Assembly: GCA_015487015.1 (NCBI GenBank) | Contig: WFQP01000006.1 | Span: 2,184 to 66,183, forward strand | DNA: 64,000 nt | Reading direction: 5' to 3' | DNA from: Thiomicrorhabdus sp. | Lineage (GTDB): Bacteria > Pseudomonadota > Gammaproteobacteria > Thiomicrospirales > Thiomicrospiraceae | In this document: positions 61,124 to 64,000 of the stretch, piece by piece | Numbering within the stretch: the first letter of the stretch is position 1 | How the letters are laid out: each line of letters begins with the position of its first letter | Program-made: the position numbers and the translations under genes | The notes under the pieces: model-generated | Told to the model about the DNA's origin: nothing | Seen by the model: only the letters and a program-made list of their open reading frames with translations | Database searches by the model: none

Positions 61124-62437
61124 ATGAGTTATGTATTACAGCAGCGAAAAAAAATAGTCATAATTTTAATCCTGAGCTTTTTTATTGTAGGTACTCTAGC
61201 TATTTTTGTTGTAAGAGATACCACACAATTTTTTATTGAAAAGCAAGCAGAGGAGGTAGCAAAAATTGTGGGCACCTTTGCAAAGACAGCACGTTCTGTC
61301 TATTCTGATGTGGCAATTTCTAAACTAAAAAATGATGGTTATGGCTCGCATGTTGATTCAGAAGTTCATGAGGGATATATTCCTATCCCTGCTCAGTTTT
61401 TAAAAGCCTTAGGGAAAGCAACCGAACAAAATACAGCTAATTTGTTTCATTATCGCCCTGTGAGTCGCTGGAATATTGAACCCTCTCAAGGGCTTTCAAA
61501 TGATTTTTTAAAGTGGGCATGGCCTCAACTTGAAGCTCAAGATCAGGCAAACCCTAAAGGTCCAATAGATTGGCAACCTATTTTTCGCATTGAGCAAGAG
61601 AATGGTGTGAATGTATTTCGATATTTAACAGCAGATTCAGCAACCTCTGCAAGTTGTGTGGCTTGCCATAATCATTATGAAACAACAGAGAATGTGAAAA
61701 AATTTCGTGAACAGGCAGGGGTTCCACTTGGAAAGTCATGGAAGCAACATCAATTATTAGGTGCGCTTGAAATTACCATTCCATTGAGTCGTATTGAGCA
61801 CGTTGCGGAAGAGCAGCTTAATCGAGCAGTACTGTGGATTTCGATTATCTTTTTTGGTTGTTTGGCATTAATAGGAGCGATTTATTTTTTAAATGCTCGA
61901 CTGCATCGAAACTTAGAAAACCTTTCTTGGGAAGCGAATCATGATTCGATGACGGAGTTATTAAACCGCCGCGGCTTTGAACATGAAGCGGAGGCTTTAT
62001 GGGAAGAGGCGATCAATAATCATAAAGAGCACTCATTGTTATTTTTAGATTTGGATAAATTTAAAGCGATTAATGATACTTACGGACATCAGGCTGGAGA
62101 TGCTATTTTAAAAGAGGTCGCACTTACTTTGAGCTATGAACGACGAGACTATGATGTGGTGGCTCGTTTAGGGGGGGATGAATTTGCTGTTTTATTGCCT
62201 TACTGTCCAATTGAAATTGCTGAGTTAGTGGCAAAAAGAATTTTACGTAAGATTGATGAAATTTGTATTGATTGGGAGGGAGATGTTCTTACCGTTGGTG
62301 TGAGCATTGGTTTAGCTAAAATTGATGAAAATGCTGAAAGTATTCACGAGGTTATGGAAAGAGCTGATTCCGCCAGTTATGTTGCAAAAAGATCGCCTGA
62401 TAATAAGGTGGTGGCTTATTTAGAGCCTTCGGAGTAA
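61124..62437 (+). CDS. Diguanylate cyclase with periplasmic c-type heme (DUF3365/Tll0287-like) sensor domain
   Basis: TM, then IPAQF...FRYL..D..SCVACH...W..LLGAL, TM, then D..T.LLNRR, DLDKFK.INDTYGH..GD, RLGGDEF. Confidence 0.88.
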   Translation: MSYVLQQRKKIVIILILSFFIVGTLAIFVVRDTTQFFIEKQAEEVAKIVGTFAKTARSVYSDVAISKLKNDGYGSHVDSEVHEGYIPIPAQFLKALGKATEQNTANLFHYRPVSRWNIEPSQGLSNDFLKWAWPQLEAQDQANPKGPIDWQPIFRIEQENGVNVFRYLTADSATSASCVACHNHYETTENVKKFREQAGVPLGKSWKQHQLLGALEITIPLSRIEHVAEEQLNRAVLWISIIFFGCLALIGAIYFLNARLHRNLENLSWEANHDSMTELLNRRGFEHEAEALWEEAINNHKEHSLLFLDLDKFKAINDTYGHQAGDAILKEVALTLSYERRDYDVVARLGGDEFAVLLPYCPIEIAELVAKRILRKIDEICIDWEGDVLTVGVSIGLAKIDENAESIHEVMERADSASYVAKRSPDNKVVAYLEPSE

Positions 62438-62527
62438 GAAGGATATGGTTTGTAGTTTTTTGATATTTTAAACTGAGTATATGGTTTTTTATTTCAACTT
62501 TGTGTGGAATGAATTATAATCGAAATC

Positions 62528-62920
62528 ATGAAACACTCGTTGATGGCTTTTTTAATCCTATTTTCAGCGCTCTCCTCTTCGTGGGCAGTGGCAGTGTTTC
62601 CGAGTGTTCAACTGAATTATTTGTCTACGACAGAACAAGTGAACACGAATGATTCAGTCTTAACCCTTGGGCATTCTAATTGCCCTTCTATGGGTATGAC
62701 AGAGTCGCTTAAAATCCAAGAAGATTATACTTGTCCAAACTGTTTGGATAACTGTCAGTGTGACCATAATAGTTGTCATAAAATGAGCTCTCCTTTGGTA
62801 GGTATGACGGTTTATACGCTTAATACTCCAACCCTAACGGAAGTATCCATTACTTTTGTCCCTCCCCATTTAGAAAACGCCCCTGTTTTTCTTAATTTTC
62901 GTCCCCCTAAAATTTCATAA
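62528..62920 (+). CDS. Exported Cys/His-rich small protein ending in RPP (DUF2946/CopL-like)
   Basis: Signal peptide, CPNCLDNCQCDHNSCH, C-terminal FRPPKIS; directly upstream of the cusB-like gene. Confidence 0.7.
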   Translation: MKHSLMAFLILFSALSSSWAVAVFPSVQLNYLSTTEQVNTNDSVLTLGHSNCPSMGMTESLKIQEDYTCPNCLDNCQCDHNSCHKMSSPLVGMTVYTLNTPTLTEVSITFVPPHLENAPVFLNFRPPKIS

Positions 62921-63005
62921 AATTACTTTTATTTAAGCTTGATGTGTCATTCAGCCGAATTGGGTGGGTGCCTCTATTTAATATCATTTAAAAAGGTTTT
63001 TTATT

Positions 63006-64000
63006 ATGAAACGTTCATCTTCCTATGTATTGCTGTGCCTATATTTGGCTATTTTAATCCCCTCTTTTGTCAGTGCAGAAGGCACAGATATTCATGTGGG
63101 TCACTTAAGTGTATCAAATGAAGAGGATCATGTTTCTGAAATAGAGATTTTAGAAAGTGAATCTACCACTGTTTATAAATATGTCTGCCCAATGCATTCT
63201 CAAATTATTCGTGACCATGAAGGAACGTGTCCTATTTGTGGTATGGATTTAGTGAAGCAAGCAATTCAATCGTCAGAAGAGTCTGCAAGCCTTTCGATAG
63301 GGGGGGGAGAAAATTCTGCACAAGGCCTTAAACAAGGACTTGCTATCCGAACAATTGAGGTACAAAAAACCACTTTATGGCGTTATATTCCAACCTTTGG
63401 CAAGGTGGTAGCGGATGATGCTAAGGTGGTTCATATTCACCCAAGAGCTTCGGGCTGGATCAGTGATTTGAGTGTACACAGCTTGGGGGATACGGTTAAG
63501 AAAGGCCAGTTACTTTATCGTTTGTATTCGCCAGAAATTGTATCCGCACAACAGGACTTTTTATTGGCGTTGCAAAATCGTAAACGCTTAGGTGTATCGG
63601 CCAACTCTCTTGTGGCATCGGCTAAAACACGATTAGCCCTTTTAGGAGTGAGCAGAGGAGTGGTTAAGCAGATTCAACGTCATAAAAAACTGATTAATGA
63701 AACTCCTATTTATGCCAGTCAAAATGGAGTGGTTTCGGCTTTGTCCGTTCAAGAAGGGATGTATATTCAACCTCAAACAGAGTTAATGAGTATTTCAGAC
63801 TTGTCCAGTGTTTGGGTGGAAGCTGAAATCTTACCTTTACAGCAAAGCTGGGTAAAAGAGGGGCTAACGGCCGATTTAACCAGTGAGGCGTTTCCTGAAC
63901 AGCGTTGGGAGAGTCAAATTGAGTATATTTATCCATTAACCGATGTGCGTACCCAGGCGTTAAAGGTGCGCTTGCCTGTTTTAAATGAAAAGCATATTTT
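63006..64000 (+). CDS. CusB-like heavy-metal RND efflux periplasmic adaptor (partial; absent from ORF track)
   Basis: Manual translation from ATG 63006: YVCPMH...CPICGMDLV heavy-metal-binding motif, HPRASGWI, V.KGQLLYRLYSPEIVSAQQDF, DLSSVWVEA. Confidence 0.9.
   Translation, partial: MKRSSSYVLLCLYLAILIPSFVSAEGTDIHVGHLSVSNEEDHVSEIEILESESTTVYKYVCPMHSQIIRDHEGTCPICGMDLVKQAIQSSEESASLSIGGGENSAQGLKQGLAIRTIEVQKTTLWRYIPTFGKVVADDAKVVHIHPRASGWISDLSVHSLGDTVKKGQLLYRLYSPEIVSAQQDFLLALQNRKRLGVSANSLVASAKTRLALLGVSRGVVKQIQRHKKLINETPIYASQNGVVSALSVQEGMYIQPQTELMSISDLSSVWVEAEILPLQQSWVKEGLTADLTSEAFPEQRWESQIEYIYPLTDVRTQALKVRLPVLNEKHI

Noticed and set aside
62939-63936. ORFs 62939-63121 (+) and 63706-63936 (-)
   Set aside because: They overlap the cusB-like frame starting at 63006, which has clear family motifs

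Overview
This is the origin-proximal region of an AT-rich gammaproteobacterial chromosome. Standalone phosphoribulokinase, a periplasmic rhodanese and the gene order suggest a sulfur-oxidising chemolithoautotroph of the Thiomicrorhabdus/Thiomicrospira/Hydrogenovibrio group (inference). It carries gyrB-recF-dnaN-dnaA, rpmH-rnpA-yidC-mnmE, topA-dprA-def-fmt-rsmB-ntrYX-like-trkAH, a MoxR/Bat operon, lplT-aas-PLD, prlC, leuA/lrp, oxyR-mlaA and a cytochrome c peroxidase + chemoreceptor pair. Partial genes lie at both ends: a polysaccharide-lyase-fold protein and a CusB-like adaptor. I saw no rRNA, tRNA, CRISPR array or transposase. Main non-gene signals: (1) a strongly over-represented A-G8/9-A-A/T-rich motif, with 14 runs of >=8 G/C found by eye, mostly in frame inside genes; (2) a full oriC-like element (DnaA boxes, IHF-like site, trio-like repeats, AT-rich segment) at ~8.55-8.80 kb, between a nitroreductase and oxyR, about 46 kb from dnaA and close to the apparent GC-skew switch; (3) five parS sites. 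Notable proteins: an OxyR lacking the resolving Cys, a peroxidase-coupled DAHL-like chemoreceptor, a candidate 2-oxoglutarate decarboxylase, a heme-c GGDEF protein and a candidate metal-sensing RPP leader protein before cusB.
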